A stretch of DNA of 47,908 bases, from positions 1 through 47,908 of the IMG/VR virus record IMGVR_UViG_3300024283_000005, one strand, 5' to 3'. The notes under the pieces are model-generated. The model was not told the origin of the DNA. It saw nothing but the letters and a program-made list of their open reading frames with translations, and did not search any database. This stretch comes from a virus. Lineage: Duplodnaviria > Caudoviricetes. Both the position numbers and the translations under genes were made by a program. This document shows, in pieces, positions 32,339 through 42,772 of the stretch (positions are counted from its first letter, which is position 1; each line of letters starts with the position of its first letter).

Positions 32339-32770
32339 ATGGTCACCGTCGAGCACATCTTTGCCGCCTTCCCCGAGTTTCGCCGCGCCGACCCTCTGCT
32401 CGTCGCGCACAAGCTCTACGAGGCCGAGCTGCAAATTGCGCCCGACTACGGCGCGAGCGCCTGCGCGTGCTCGTTCGACGGCGGCATGAGCGAGAACGCT
32501 CTGCGCCTCTACAAGCTGCTCGAGCCGCGCGACCCTACGTTTCCACCGCCCGACCCGCTCGCGCCCCTCGTACGCCCGCAGCCGTCGGCGCAAGAGGCCG
32601 TGCGCGACATGGTCGTGAGCAACCTCACGGCGGCGCTGCTCGTGCTCACGCCCGCGGGCGAGTTCGCGCGGCTCGACCCCAGCAAAGAGGCCGACGGCGC
32701 GCGCTCGATCTATGAGCGCCGCGTCAACGAGCTGCACGCCTCTTACCTGCCGCGGGTGCTCGCGCTGTGA
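32339..32770 (+). CDS. Head-tail adaptor (DUF4054-like)
   Basis: MVTVEHIFAAFPEF, LTAALL; synteny. Confidence 0.75.
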   Translation: MVTVEHIFAAFPEFRRADPLLVAHKLYEAELQIAPDYGASACACSFDGGMSENALRLYKLLEPRDPTFPPPDPLAPLVRPQPSAQEAVRDMVVSNLTAALLVLTPAGEFARLDPSKEADGARSIYERRVNELHASYLPRVLAL

Positions 32771-33324
32771 TCACCATCGACGACATCGACAAGGGCTGGG
32801 CTGCGACGGAGGCCGCCGCGAAAGCTGCCGACACCGGCAACCCTGCAAACGGCCCCCACGTGCTCATCGGCGTGCAGGGCAAGTCGGGGCAACGCAAGCA
32901 CCCCGACCCCGACGGCGAGGGCAGCGGGCTCACCAACGTCGAGCTCGCCACGATCCACGAGTTCGGCTTGAACGTGCCGCAACGCTCGTTCATCCGCGCG
33001 ACCATCGACCAATACGCGCCCGCGATAGGCGAGCGCGCAGGGCGCTACCTGCAGCGCTGGGAGAAAAACCAGGGCGACAGCAAAGAGCTCGACCGCGGGC
33101 TGCGCCTGCTCGGCGAGTACATCGTTGGGCTCATCAAGCAGCGCATCGACAACCACATCCCGCCGCCTAACAGCAAGATCACCATCGCCATCAAGGGCTC
33201 GGCAACACCGCTCATCCGTTACGGGCATCTCAAGCGCAGCATCACGTATGAGGTCTACATGGGCGGCGGCGTCTCGGCGCCGAGCTCGAGCGGCGGCTTC
33301 CCACCCGCAGCAGCGGGGGACTAA
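32767..33324 (+). CDS. Neck/head-tail completion protein
   Basis: LATIHEFG..VPQRSFIR, PPNS..TI..KGS..PLI..GHL..SITY. Confidence 0.85.
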   Translation: MITIDDIDKGWAATEAAAKAADTGNPANGPHVLIGVQGKSGQRKHPDPDGEGSGLTNVELATIHEFGLNVPQRSFIRATIDQYAPAIGERAGRYLQRWEKNQGDSKELDRGLRLLGEYIVGLIKQRIDNHIPPPNSKITIAIKGSATPLIRYGHLKRSITYEVYMGGGVSAPSSSGGFPPAAAGD

Positions 33325-34016
33325 TGGACTGGCAACTATACGCCGACAGCATGCGGTGCTGGATTGCCGAGCGCTCGCGCATCCCCGTCGATGACGTGAC
33401 GTGGGAGGGCGAGCCCGTCGGCATGCTCGGCACGCCTAACGCCTCGCTGCGCCTGCTCGGCAACTCGGGCCCATACTCGCAGCTGCTCACGAGCGACGAG
33501 ACGCGCTATCTGTCAGCCACCGACCCGGCAAACCCGACCGGCATGCCGATCGTGCAGATCATCGGCAACCGCGCATTCACGCTGTCAATCGTGGTCACCA
33601 CGCGCGACTACACGCCGTGGGGCCGTGCGTTTCGCTATCTCGAGCGCGTGCGTGACTCGCTCTCACTGCCGAGCACGCTCTCGCTCTTTTCGTCGCTCGG
33701 CGTGTCGCTCGACTCGCCCGCCGAGCTCGTCGACCTGCAGCGCGTGTTCGACATGCGCCAGGAGTCACAAGCGTCGCTCGACCTCTATATGCAGTATGCG
33801 TTCGACACGCTCTGCGAGTGTCAGGCCGACGGCAGCGACGTCGAGACCATCGACACCATCGAGCACGTGATTGTCAGCGGCTCCGTCTGCTCTCACACGC
33901 AAGGCCGCCCCGATTCACCGTTCGCCGTCGGGCCCGACACCATCGACAAGCCCCCCGTGCCGACTCCGATCCTGACTGCTCGCAAAGGAATGCAAAGCTA
34001 TGGGCGTAGAAGCTGA
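33324..34016 (+). CDS. Tail terminator/neck protein
   Basis: Position immediately before the sheath; TIEHVIVSG-type C-terminal motif. Confidence 0.7.
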   Translation: MDWQLYADSMRCWIAERSRIPVDDVTWEGEPVGMLGTPNASLRLLGNSGPYSQLLTSDETRYLSATDPANPTGMPIVQIIGNRAFTLSIVVTTRDYTPWGRAFRYLERVRDSLSLPSTLSLFSSLGVSLDSPAELVDLQRVFDMRQESQASLDLYMQYAFDTLCECQADGSDVETIDTIEHVIVSGSVCSHTQGRPDSPFAVGPDTIDKPPVPTPILTARKGMQSYGRRS

Positions 34017-35316
34017 GGTCATTACACACTCGTTTGTCGTGCAGGATGCCACTGTCACGCAGCAGGGGTTTGGCATCGGGCTCATCGCCGCGGTGCATAA
34101 CTACTGGCCCGAGCTCGTGCGGACATTCAACGACGCGAGCGAGCTCACCAAGGCACCCTACAGCGTGCCCGTCACCTCGCCCGTCTACCTGCGAGCTCGA
34201 GCGCTCAAGTCGCAGACGCCGAGCCCGCCGAGTTTCAAGATCGGAAAACTCACCGGCACATTCTCGCAGACCGTCACGCTCACCGTCGCGGCGCCGACCG
34301 CGGCCAACGAGCAATACCGCATCACCGTCGACGGCAGCCCCGTGCTCGTCACGAGTTCGCCGCCGGCACTCGTCGACACCGTCACCGGGCTGCTCGTCGC
34401 AGCGCTCAACGTGATCACCGACATCACAGCCACGGCAACAGGGGCCGTGATCACCATCGTCGGCGACACGTCCAGCGTCGTGCACGCCTACACCGCGATT
34501 AGCAGCAACATGCACCTCGCCGACACGACCGCAGCGCCGAGCGTGCTGCCGTCGGCCGACCTGACAGCCATCCGCTCGTATGACGGCGACTGGTATGGCC
34601 TCGACCTCGTCACCCCGGGCAAGCAGGCGCAGCTCGACGCGGCAGCGTGGGCAGAGTCCGAGGTCGTGCTTTACCTCGCGCAGACGGGCGACTATGAGGT
34701 CAGCTCGCCAGGCGCCACCACCGACGTCGCTTCGACGGCCATGGCGTCGGGTTATAACCGCTCGTCGTGGTGGTACCACCAACCCGTCGGCGAGCCGCTC
34801 GTCGCGGGGCTGCTCGGCGTCATGCTGCCCAAGCTGCCGGGCCCGGCGACGTGGGCCCACAAAGAGATCGCCACGATCACCAAGGTCCCCTACGACGCGA
34901 CCACGCGGGGCACGGTCAAAGCTAAGAGCGCCAACTACTACACCAACATGAAGGGCCAAGGCTGGACCCTCTACGGGTGGGCCGCGAGCGGGCGTTTCCT
35001 CGACGTCACCGTTGCGATCGACTGGTTCACCATCGGCGTGCAGTCACGCGTCATTCTCCTGCTCGGCAGCAACGACGTCGTGCCCTACACGACCGCGGGC
35101 ATCGAGCTCGTGCGCACGCAGATCCTCGCGCAGATTCAAGAGGGCATTGCGCAGGGGCTCATCGACGGCGAGCAAGACTATGCCGTGACTGCGCCAGTGC
35201 TAGGCGCCATCGACCCCAACCTGAAGCGGCAGCGCATTCTGCCCGACATGAAATACAGCTATTGCCTGTCGGGCGCCATCCATCACGTGCGCATCAACGG
35301 CACGGTGCAGGTCTAA
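34000..35316 (+). CDS. Contractile tail sheath protein (DUF3383)
   Basis: QQGFG, DWY, PGPATWAHK, G.FLDV...DW, VPYT..GI, GAIHHV.ING.V. Confidence 0.92.
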   Translation: MGVEAEVITHSFVVQDATVTQQGFGIGLIAAVHNYWPELVRTFNDASELTKAPYSVPVTSPVYLRARALKSQTPSPPSFKIGKLTGTFSQTVTLTVAAPTAANEQYRITVDGSPVLVTSSPPALVDTVTGLLVAALNVITDITATATGAVITIVGDTSSVVHAYTAISSNMHLADTTAAPSVLPSADLTAIRSYDGDWYGLDLVTPGKQAQLDAAAWAESEVVLYLAQTGDYEVSSPGATTDVASTAMASGYNRSSWWYHQPVGEPLVAGLLGVMLPKLPGPATWAHKEIATITKVPYDATTRGTVKAKSANYYTNMKGQGWTLYGWAASGRFLDVTVAIDWFTIGVQSRVILLLGSNDVVPYTTAGIELVRTQILAQIQEGIAQGLIDGEQDYAVTAPVLGAIDPNLKRQRILPDMKYSYCLSGAIHHVRINGTVQV

Positions 35317-35338
35317 CAGTCAGACGAGGAGGTGTGCC

Positions 35339-35776
35339 GTGGGATTCAAGGCGTGGAACATCAACGAAATGACCGTCTCGCTCAATGCGATTCTGCTGTC
35401 AAACGGCGGCTATGCCGAGGACGAGGTTGTTACCGTCGAGTGGGATGACGACTGGTTTAGCGCCTACGTCGGCGCAGACGGCGAGGTCACCCGCGTCAGA
35501 ACTAACAACTTTTCGGCCATCGCGACGCTCAAGTACGCGCAGACCGCAGGCGCAAACGACCTGCTCAGCGGCATTCTGCTCGCTGACATCAAGACCGTAA
35601 ACGGCGGCGGCGCGGGCGCATTCGCTGTGCGCGACACGGGCGGCAAAACCATCGTCGGCAGCTCGCGCGCATGGATCATCGGGCCGCCTGAAATCAAGCT
35701 CGGCAAAACCGTCAACGTCAACGAGTGGCGCATCAAGCTCGCCGACGCGCGCACTGCGTTTGTGGGTGGTCGCTAG
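35339..35776 (+). CDS. Tail tube protein (DUF3277-like)
   Basis: GGAGG RBS; VGADGEVTR, N.LLS, W.I; follows the sheath. Confidence 0.85.
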   Translation: MGFKAWNINEMTVSLNAILLSNGGYAEDEVVTVEWDDDWFSAYVGADGEVTRVRTNNFSAIATLKYAQTAGANDLLSGILLADIKTVNGGGAGAFAVRDTGGKTIVGSSRAWIIGPPEIKLGKTVNVNEWRIKLADARTAFVGGR

Positions 35777-35777
35777 G

Positions 35778-36314
35778 ATGCGCACCCCGCAAGAGAAGCT
35801 CATATGCGGCACCGTCTATCGCGTCACGCCGCTCGGCGCGAAAGCGGGCCGCGTTATGGCTGTGCGCCTGCTCAAGCTGCTCGGGCCCATGACTGCCAGC
35901 TTTGTCGACGGCGTCGTGCGCGACCCGTCTGACGGCACCGGCGCGCTCGCCATCGGCGCGAGCGACGCGATACGCGAGCTCACGCAGCGCATCGCCACCG
36001 CCGACGTCGAGACCATCAGTGACGAGCTCGCCAAGACAACCGTGCTCGTGCTCGACGGCGACCGCGAGCCCCTCTTGAGCTCGCTGCTCGATGACCATTT
36101 TGCGGCGCGGTATGACGCCTACTCGCAGTGGCTCGGGTTTGCTCTCACGGTCAACTTTGCCTCTTTTTTCGGCGTCTCCGCAGCGGAACCAGGCGCCGCA
36201 GCGGGCCTTTGGCAGCGCCTGTCGCAGCTAGTCGAGTCTCTGTCGACGTCCCCGAGGGCGTCGACTGGCATATCCACCGCATCGCCACCTCTGGAAAGTA
36301 CGCCGACAGCCTGA
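35778..36314 (+). CDS. Tail assembly chaperone (short product)
   Basis: Between tube and tape measure; DDHFA, VNFASFF; slippery TTTTTTC at 36164-36170. Confidence 0.8.
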   Translation: MRTPQEKLICGTVYRVTPLGAKAGRVMAVRLLKLLGPMTASFVDGVVRDPSDGTGALAIGASDAIRELTQRIATADVETISDELAKTTVLVLDGDREPLLSSLLDDHFAARYDAYSQWLGFALTVNFASFFGVSAAEPGAAAGLWQRLSQLVESLSTSPRASTGISTASPPLESTPTA

Positions 36315-36454
36315 CCGAGATCTGCATGCACTGGTCACTCGACGAGCTCTACGAAGCGCATAGCGTGCTCGACATGTATGACGAGCTCGAGGGCATGCGC
36401 GCGCAGGCAGAGTACGAAGCAAGCGCCAGCATCGCCCGCAGGGGGCACAAGTGA
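36164..36454 (+). CDS. -1 frameshift extension of the tail chaperone (gpGT-like)
   Basis: T TTT TTC heptamer leads into the -1 frame ending ...SLTEICMHWSLDELYEAHSVLD..., which overlaps the tape measure start. Confidence 0.7.
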   Translation, partial: FFRRLRSGTRRRSGPLAAPVAASRVSVDVPEGVDWHIHRIATSGKYADSLTEICMHWSLDELYEAHSVLDMYDELEGMRAQAEYEASASIARRGHK

Positions 36455-38205
36455 CGACCACGGTATTGCGCGACCTCGTCGCGCGGCTCGGCTTTCAGAG
36501 CGACGCCAAGGGCTTCGACGAGGCCGACCGGCGCATCGAGAAAATCAAGCGCGAGCTGCTCGGGCTCAACAGCGCCACGACCAAGGGCGAGCGCGCAGTG
36601 ACACGCGGCGGGCGCAACGCAGCGGTCGCCGTCGAGCGTGCCTCGCGCCGCGCGCAAGCCACGGCTAGCAGCAGCAGCGGCGGCGGCGGGCTGCTCGGCA
36701 CACTCGGGCAGTTTTTTGCTGCCGGCACGATCGCTGCGTTCATCAAGGGCAGCGTCGAGCTCGCGAGCGCCGTCACTGAAGTCGACAACGTGCTCGAAGC
36801 CGTGTTTGGGCAGCAGGGGCTCGAGAAGATCCGCGAGTGGAGTGTAGGCGTCGCAGCCGAAACAGGGCGCTCGCGGTTCACCCTGCAGAAATACGCGTCA
36901 GAGGTCGGCACGCTGCTCAGCACGATCATCAAAGACCCCGCCAAGCTCATCGAGATGAGCACGGGGCTCTCGCGGCTCGCCGTCGACCTCGCATCGTTCA
37001 AAGACACCTCGCCCGAAGAAGCCATACAGGCCATCTCGTCGGGGCTCGCATCGCAGAGCGAGCCGCTGCGCCGCTATGCCGTCGACATCCGCGACGCTGC
37101 GCTGCAAGAGTTCGCGCTGACGAAGGGCATCCACGGCAAAGTGGAAAAGATGAAGCTCGCGGAGAAAACCGAGCTCATCTACGCCAAGGTCGTGCGCGAC
37201 ACGGCGCTCATGCAGGGCGACGCGACCAAGACCGCCAAGACATTCGCCAACCGCATGCGCGCGCTTGCCGAGGCCGTCAAAGATCTGCGGATCAGCATCG
37301 GGCGCGGGCTCATGCCCGAGGCCAACAAGCTGCTCGCGTGGCTGATACGAGCGTCAGAGTGGTTCGTCACTCTCAACGAGAAAACCGACGGGCTCAAAAC
37401 CGCGCTCATCGCGCTCGGCGCTGCGTTTGCCATCATGTGGGGCCGCGCCATGCTCGGCGCGCTGCCGATGCTCGCGCTCATCGCTGCGCTCTACATCGCA
37501 TTCGATGACATCTATACGCTCGCCCACGGCGGCGACACGCTAATCGGCGACTTCCTCAAAGAGCTCTACGGCGCAGACGAGGGGCAGCGGAAAGTCGACC
37601 AGCTACGCGAGTCCATTCATTCGCTCGGCGAGTCCATCGCGTGGGTGGGTGAGCAGATCCACAAGCTGCCAAGCTTGCCCGACTGGTTTAGGTGGGCCGC
37701 TATCGCGCTGAAAGGCGACCAGCCAAGCAAGCCCGACGTCGAGAAGCAGAAGGCCATCGACGAGATCAACCGCTCACGCCGCGCCGCCATCCAGCGCAAC
37801 GCCTGGAACGCCAAGCTGCGCGCAGAGGGCCGCACCGACGTGCCCGACGATATGGAGGTGCCCGACTACGTGCCGAGTCTCGCCGAGCAGAAAGTGCTCG
37901 ACGCCGCCGAGAGAACGCGGCGGTTTCGCGAGGCGCAGGCAGAGCGGGCCATCGCGGGGCTCGCAGCCGCCGACGGGCTCATCGTCGGCGGCGCTTACGC
38001 TGGCAACTTCAACCCGCAGGTTGCGCCGCCATCCGCTGCCGTGCAGGGCGCGCAGAGCGTCACCATCAACGAGGCGCCTATCACCGTCAACATCGGCACA
38101 GACAGCAACGGCGAGGTCGCAGGCCGCACCGTGCGCCAAGCCGGCATCGACGCTCGCAACACCCGCCGCACAGTCACGCGCAACGCCCCGGCGCCTAAAC
38201 CCTGA
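36451..38205 (+). CDS. Tape measure protein
   Basis: VLRDLVARLGF start, LAVDLASF, EPLRRY, hydrophobic segment; helical Ala-rich. Confidence 0.9.
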   Translation: MTTTVLRDLVARLGFQSDAKGFDEADRRIEKIKRELLGLNSATTKGERAVTRGGRNAAVAVERASRRAQATASSSSGGGGLLGTLGQFFAAGTIAAFIKGSVELASAVTEVDNVLEAVFGQQGLEKIREWSVGVAAETGRSRFTLQKYASEVGTLLSTIIKDPAKLIEMSTGLSRLAVDLASFKDTSPEEAIQAISSGLASQSEPLRRYAVDIRDAALQEFALTKGIHGKVEKMKLAEKTELIYAKVVRDTALMQGDATKTAKTFANRMRALAEAVKDLRISIGRGLMPEANKLLAWLIRASEWFVTLNEKTDGLKTALIALGAAFAIMWGRAMLGALPMLALIAALYIAFDDIYTLAHGGDTLIGDFLKELYGADEGQRKVDQLRESIHSLGESIAWVGEQIHKLPSLPDWFRWAAIALKGDQPSKPDVEKQKAIDEINRSRRAAIQRNAWNAKLRAEGRTDVPDDMEVPDYVPSLAEQKVLDAAERTRRFREAQAERAIAGLAAADGLIVGGAYAGNFNPQVAPPSAAVQGAQSVTINEAPITVNIGTDSNGEVAGRTVRQAGIDARNTRRTVTRNAPAPKP

Positions 38206-38207
38206 CC

Positions 38208-39020
38208 ATGCCCACGCATCTCACCATCAACGGCATCTGGATCGACGTGTCGCTGCGTGAGACGCACGGCATAAGCGCCGAGCTCACGCAGCACGCCGTC
38301 GAGGATGGCGCAGACATCACCGACCACGTGCGGGCCATGCCGCCCAAGCTCACGCTCGAGGGCGTCGTGAGCAACCAACCCATCGAGCAGCCCGGCAGCC
38401 ACACCAACGCGCTCGCCAGCGAGCTCGGGTTTATGGTGCTCACTAACACCTATTACGACTGGGGCACCAAGAAGCTCGAGCTCGTGGGCCCGCAAAACTC
38501 GGCGCCGCCTTACATCGGCAACATCCCCATCATCGGCAACGTCGCGTCACTGCTCGACGCGTTCGCGCCAGGTTGGAAGCCAAACAAAAAGATCTTCATG
38601 GTCGTGCCCGACCGCGCACCCGTGCCGCTCGGGCAAGCGCGCAGCGTGTCGCTCACGTTCGATCGGCCATTCAACCGCGTAGAGCAAGTCGAGACCGCGC
38701 TGCGAAACACGGTCAACGCTCGAGCGCCCGTCACCATCGTCACCGCGCTGCGCAAGTACGAAAACGTCGTGCTCAGCGACTTGTCAATCGAGCGCAACTC
38801 GGGCACCGGCGCGGGGCTGCACTTCGGGTGCACCGGGCAAGTCATCCGCACCGTCGCCAGCGAGCTCGCCACCGACCCCGACCCCTCGCAGACGCGCGCC
38901 GTGTCACCCAAGGACAAGGGCAGTCAGAACACGCAAAAGAAGTCCCCGTCACCCGAGGTCAAAGCCAAGTCGCAGAGCGTCGGAAAACTACTATTCAACC
39001 CCAACCCGCCCGAGCCCTAG
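38208..39020 (+). CDS. Baseplate/tube-initiator protein
   Basis: ETH...TQHAVEDGADITDH...P.LTLEGVVS, VT.LRKYENVVL. Confidence 0.8.
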   Translation: MPTHLTINGIWIDVSLRETHGISAELTQHAVEDGADITDHVRAMPPKLTLEGVVSNQPIEQPGSHTNALASELGFMVLTNTYYDWGTKKLELVGPQNSAPPYIGNIPIIGNVASLLDAFAPGWKPNKKIFMVVPDRAPVPLGQARSVSLTFDRPFNRVEQVETALRNTVNARAPVTIVTALRKYENVVLSDLSIERNSGTGAGLHFGCTGQVIRTVASELATDPDPSQTRAVSPKDKGSQNTQKKSPSPEVKAKSQSVGKLLFNPNPPEP

Positions 39021-39023
39021 CCG

Positions 39024-39353
39024 ATGGCCTCGCAGCTCATCCCCACGACCCCGCAGCCCGACACCACGATCCGCGTCGTGCTCGGCGTCAATGTCTACTC
39101 GCTGCGCATCATCTGGTCGCAGCGTGGCGAGGTGTTCCGCCTATGGATCGCCGACTCTGCAGGCGTGCCGCTGCTCGATGGCGTACGCATGGTCACCATG
39201 TACCCGCTGCTCGTGCGGTTCCACTACAAGCCCGAGCTGCCCCCGGGCGAGCTCTGGTTTGTGGATGAGAAAAACCAAGCAGCACGCCCCACGCTGCAGG
39301 ACATGGGCACGCGCTTTACACTCTACTACGCGCCCAACGGCTATCTCGACTAA
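39024..39353 (+). CDS. Small baseplate protein
   Basis: YSLRIIWSQRGE..., LLDGVRMV, FTLYY; synteny. Confidence 0.75.
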   Translation: MASQLIPTTPQPDTTIRVVLGVNVYSLRIIWSQRGEVFRLWIADSAGVPLLDGVRMVTMYPLLVRFHYKPELPPGELWFVDEKNQAARPTLQDMGTRFTLYYAPNGYLD

Positions 39354-39356
39354 CCC

Positions 39357-40214
39357 ATGAGCGACCCTGCCACATTCGTCGTCGAGCCCGGCATCGCGCT
39401 ATTCGACCGCCGCTACAAGCTGCAGGTTGCTGACACCGTGATCACGGGGCTCAACATCCGATTCAACGTCAAGCGCTCGCTCGTCGGCAAGCGCCCCGGC
39501 ACGTGCGACATCGATATCATCAACCTCGCCGAGCCGACGCGTAAACGCCTGCACGGCACGAAACAGATATTCTGCTCGCTCGAGGCCGGCTACGTCGGCG
39601 GCATGAGCGTGCTCTTTCGAGGCGAGCTGCTCGAGGCATGGTCAAAGCGCGAGGGCACCGAATGGGTAACCACCGTGAGCAGCACCGACGGCGGCACCAA
39701 GCTCAAGCGCTCGCGCGTCAGCGCCACCTACGGCCCCAAGGTGCCGATCCGCGACGTGCTCATCGGCATCGCCAAGACGCTCGGGCTCGGGCCCGGAAAC
39801 CTCCTGCAGGCGTCATTCTCGGCCGAGATCTGGGATAAGCTGTCTAACAAGTTCGCGCAGGGGTTTGCCGCGTCGGGCGACTCTGCCGGCGAGCTCGACC
39901 GCGTCATGCGCACCGCGGGGCTCGAGTGGTCAGTGCAAGAGGGGCAGCTGCAAGTGCTCGCGCTACGTCAGGCGCTGTCAGACGCGCCCATTCTGCTCAC
40001 GCCCCGCACCGGGCTGCTCGACTCCGTCGAGCTCGGGCGCGACCAAGTGCTGCGCTTGTCGACGCTGCTTGCGCCAGGCCTCTACCCCGGGCGCAAAATC
40101 CAGATCAAGTCACGCTATGTGCAAGGCTTCTACCGCATCGAGTCAACTGTGCATCAGGGCGAGTTCGACGGCGGGCACTGGACCGTCGGCATAGAAGCTC
40201 GCGCCGTCACGTGA
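39357..40214 (+). CDS. Baseplate hub protein
   Basis: LFDRRY.L, I.F.VKRS, INL, LEAGY, WSVQEGQL, G.Y.I....H.G. Confidence 0.85.
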   Translation: MSDPATFVVEPGIALFDRRYKLQVADTVITGLNIRFNVKRSLVGKRPGTCDIDIINLAEPTRKRLHGTKQIFCSLEAGYVGGMSVLFRGELLEAWSKREGTEWVTTVSSTDGGTKLKRSRVSATYGPKVPIRDVLIGIAKTLGLGPGNLLQASFSAEIWDKLSNKFAQGFAASGDSAGELDRVMRTAGLEWSVQEGQLQVLALRQALSDAPILLTPRTGLLDSVELGRDQVLRLSTLLAPGLYPGRKIQIKSRYVQGFYRIESTVHQGEFDGGHWTVGIEARAVT

Positions 40215-40221
40215 GGCCACC

Positions 40222-41025
40222 ATGACAGTCGCAACGCCCGAGCTCTCCGAGCTGCTGCAGTACGCCGCCGAGCAGGCCGCCTTCGAGCTGCACACGTCTA
40301 TCCCCGGGCAGATCGTCGCGCTCTACACCGACGCCTCGACGCGCAGGCAATACGCCGACGTGCTGCCGATGCTCAAGCGCGCGCTCGCCGTCGACCCCGA
40401 AGACGACGCGATCGCGAACGTCGACCGGCCCCCGTTTGTCGACGAGGCGCTGCCCATCCTGCCCATGGTCCCCATCGCATACCCGCAGGGCGGCGGATTC
40501 TTTGCCGCGTGGCCCCTCGTGCCCGGCGACCACGTGCTCGTGGTCTTTGCAGAGCGCAGCATCGATCGCTGGGTGACGACCGCGCGGCGCAACTCTCAGA
40601 AACCGCTCGGCACCGGCGACGTCGGCACGCACACGCTCGCGGGCGCAATCGCGCTGCCGCTCGGGCCCGCGCCGCTGCCCGACCTCCTGCAGAGCGTCTA
40701 TGCCGACGCCATGACGCTCGGGCATGATGCGGGCGCGCAGATTGCCATCAAGCAGCACACGGTCAACTTGGGCAGCTACAGCCCCGGCGACGCAGTCGCG
40801 CTCGCGTCCAAAACCAACACGGCGCTCACGAGCGGCGAGACGGACACGGGCAAAGTGAAAACCGCGACCGCTACCGCCATCTCGTCAATCGAGACCATCC
40901 TAGCGGGCCTTACAGGCGCCGTGCCGCCCGCGAACACTGCGATCCGCGTCGCCTTCGACGCCGCGACCGCAGGCGTCCCGCACGCCCACACAAGCGTCGC
41001 GTCGACCGTTGTGCTGTCCGACTAG
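40222..41025 (+). CDS. Baseplate spike (gpV/Gp138-like)
   Basis: HTSIPGQIV, VPI.YP.GGGF, P..PGD.VLVVFAERSID.W. Confidence 0.85.
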   Translation: MTVATPELSELLQYAAEQAAFELHTSIPGQIVALYTDASTRRQYADVLPMLKRALAVDPEDDAIANVDRPPFVDEALPILPMVPIAYPQGGGFFAAWPLVPGDHVLVVFAERSIDRWVTTARRNSQKPLGTGDVGTHTLAGAIALPLGPAPLPDLLQSVYADAMTLGHDAGAQIAIKQHTVNLGSYSPGDAVALASKTNTALTSGETDTGKVKTATATAISSIETILAGLTGAVPPANTAIRVAFDAATAGVPHAHTSVASTVVLSD

Positions 41026-41081
41026 CCGCGCGGGGCTCGAGCCCCTTGCCATGGCGCTCGCTCGCCCACTACCGCCGGCTC

Positions 41082-41576
41082 GTGGCTGACCTCCTGCTCG
41101 ACGCGACCGGCGACATCACGATTGACTCGACGGGCGACCTGCCGCTCGTCACCGGCCCCGCCGCCATCGCGCAGGATGCCAACTTGCGCGTCGCGCTTTT
41201 CCTCGGCGAGTGGCCCCTCGATCGCCGCGTCGGCATCGACTACCGAAACCTCATATTCTCGCGCAAACCGCCCGACGCGGTCATCAGGTCCATCTACGAC
41301 CAAGTTCTGCGCGAGACCGCGGGCGTCACCGCCATCAACCAACTCGCGATCGCTTTCAACCGCAAAACTCGAGCGCTCGAGGTGCGCGCCATCGTGCAGA
41401 CCAAAGAGGGCACCGCGCTCGTGTTCCGCGACATCCTGCTAGGCGTCGGCACCACGACTGCAGGCCCCACGCAGCCCGCCAACGGCAGCACGCAGCTCGT
41501 AAGCCCGACGCCGACCTCGCAGCCGCTCGGCGTCTTCTCGCCCCGCCAGTGGCCCGGCGACGAGGTGCCATCATGA
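41082..41576 (+). CDS. Baseplate wedge/sheath initiator (gp25/gp46-like)
   Basis: DLLLD.TGDI, AIAQ, LFLGEW.LD...GIDY. Confidence 0.8.
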   Translation: MADLLLDATGDITIDSTGDLPLVTGPAAIAQDANLRVALFLGEWPLDRRVGIDYRNLIFSRKPPDAVIRSIYDQVLRETAGVTAINQLAIAFNRKTRALEVRAIVQTKEGTALVFRDILLGVGTTTAGPTQPANGSTQLVSPTPTSQPLGVFSPRQWPGDEVPS

Positions 41577-42769
41577 CAGCCGGCCTCAGCCTGCTCGGGT
41601 TCACGAGCAAAACCGTGCAGGAGATTATCGGCGACCTGCAGGCCTACCAGGCAGCCAACATCGCGAGCGGGCTCAACACGTCGAGCACGGGCGTCTTGGC
41701 GAACATCAACATGTCCGTCGCGCTGCAGCTCGGGCAGTTGTGGGAGCTCGCCGCTGAGATCTACGACGCGCACGACCCGGCCAGCGCAGAGGGCGTCGCA
41801 GCCGATCACAACGGCTCACTGACGGGCGTCACGCGCCTACCCGCGACGTCGAGCACCGCGACGCTCACGCTCACCATGACCGAGAACGTCACCGTACCCA
41901 CGGGCTCCGTCGTGAGCGACCCGCTGCGCCCGACTGTGCGCTTTGTCACGCTCGCCGACGTCACGAGCAGCAGCGTCGTCGGCACCTACAACAACCTCAC
42001 CGTCGCAGCCAAGGCAGAAACCACGGGCCCGACCACCGCTGCGAGCGGCGCGCTGACCAAGATTGAATCGCCGGTGTCGGGCTGGCTCGCGGTTACCAAC
42101 ACCGGGCCCGCGATCGCAGGCAGCGACGTCGAGACGGACGAGGACTACCGCGCGCGCCGCAACGAGGTGCTCGCAGAGGAGGGCGGCTCAACGCTCGCAG
42201 GCATCGTCGCCGACGTGCGCGTGCTGCCCGGCGTGCTCACCGCAGCGGGCCGCGAGAACGTCACCGAGGTCACCGACCCGACGGGCATGCCCCCGCATAC
42301 GTTCGAGGTCATCGTGCGCGGCGGCGACGATAGCGCCATCGCAAACAGCATCTGGAAAAACAAGCCCGCGGGCGTCGACTCCTACGGCACCACAGCGATC
42401 AACGTGCTCGACGAGGCCGGCATCACGCAGCTCGTGCGCTTCTCTCGCCCGACGCTCAAGACCATCAACGTCAACGTCAGCGCGACCACCGACGGGCACT
42501 ACGTCGCGGGCAGTCTGCGCGTCGCGCTCGAGCTCGCCAGCGTCGACCCTAAGAGTGACATCGTGTTCAAAGTAGGCGAGCCCGTCTACCTCGTGCGCCT
42601 GCTCTCCGAGGCGAGCGAGGTGCCCGGCGTCGTCAACGTGACGCTCGACGTCGACCTTGCACCCACAGTGCCCGCAGATGCAGTACCCACAACGCCAGCG
42701 AAAACGCTAGTGATTGGCGTACGTGAGATCGCGTCATTCTCGGGCTCGACATGGGTGGGGGCACCGTAA
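41573..42769 (+). CDS. Baseplate J/gp47 family protein
   Basis: DP.SAEG, G..RLPAT.S, ETDEDYRARR, PPH.FE.IV.GG, IA..IW..KPAG, FSRP. Confidence 0.9.
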   Translation: MTAGLSLLGFTSKTVQEIIGDLQAYQAANIASGLNTSSTGVLANINMSVALQLGQLWELAAEIYDAHDPASAEGVAADHNGSLTGVTRLPATSSTATLTLTMTENVTVPTGSVVSDPLRPTVRFVTLADVTSSSVVGTYNNLTVAAKAETTGPTTAASGALTKIESPVSGWLAVTNTGPAIAGSDVETDEDYRARRNEVLAEEGGSTLAGIVADVRVLPGVLTAAGRENVTEVTDPTGMPPHTFEVIVRGGDDSAIANSIWKNKPAGVDSYGTTAINVLDEAGITQLVRFSRPTLKTINVNVSATTDGHYVAGSLRVALELASVDPKSDIVFKVGEPVYLVRLLSEASEVPGVVNVTLDVDLAPTVPADAVPTTPAKTLVIGVREIASFSGSTWVGAP

Positions 42770-42772
42770 CAC

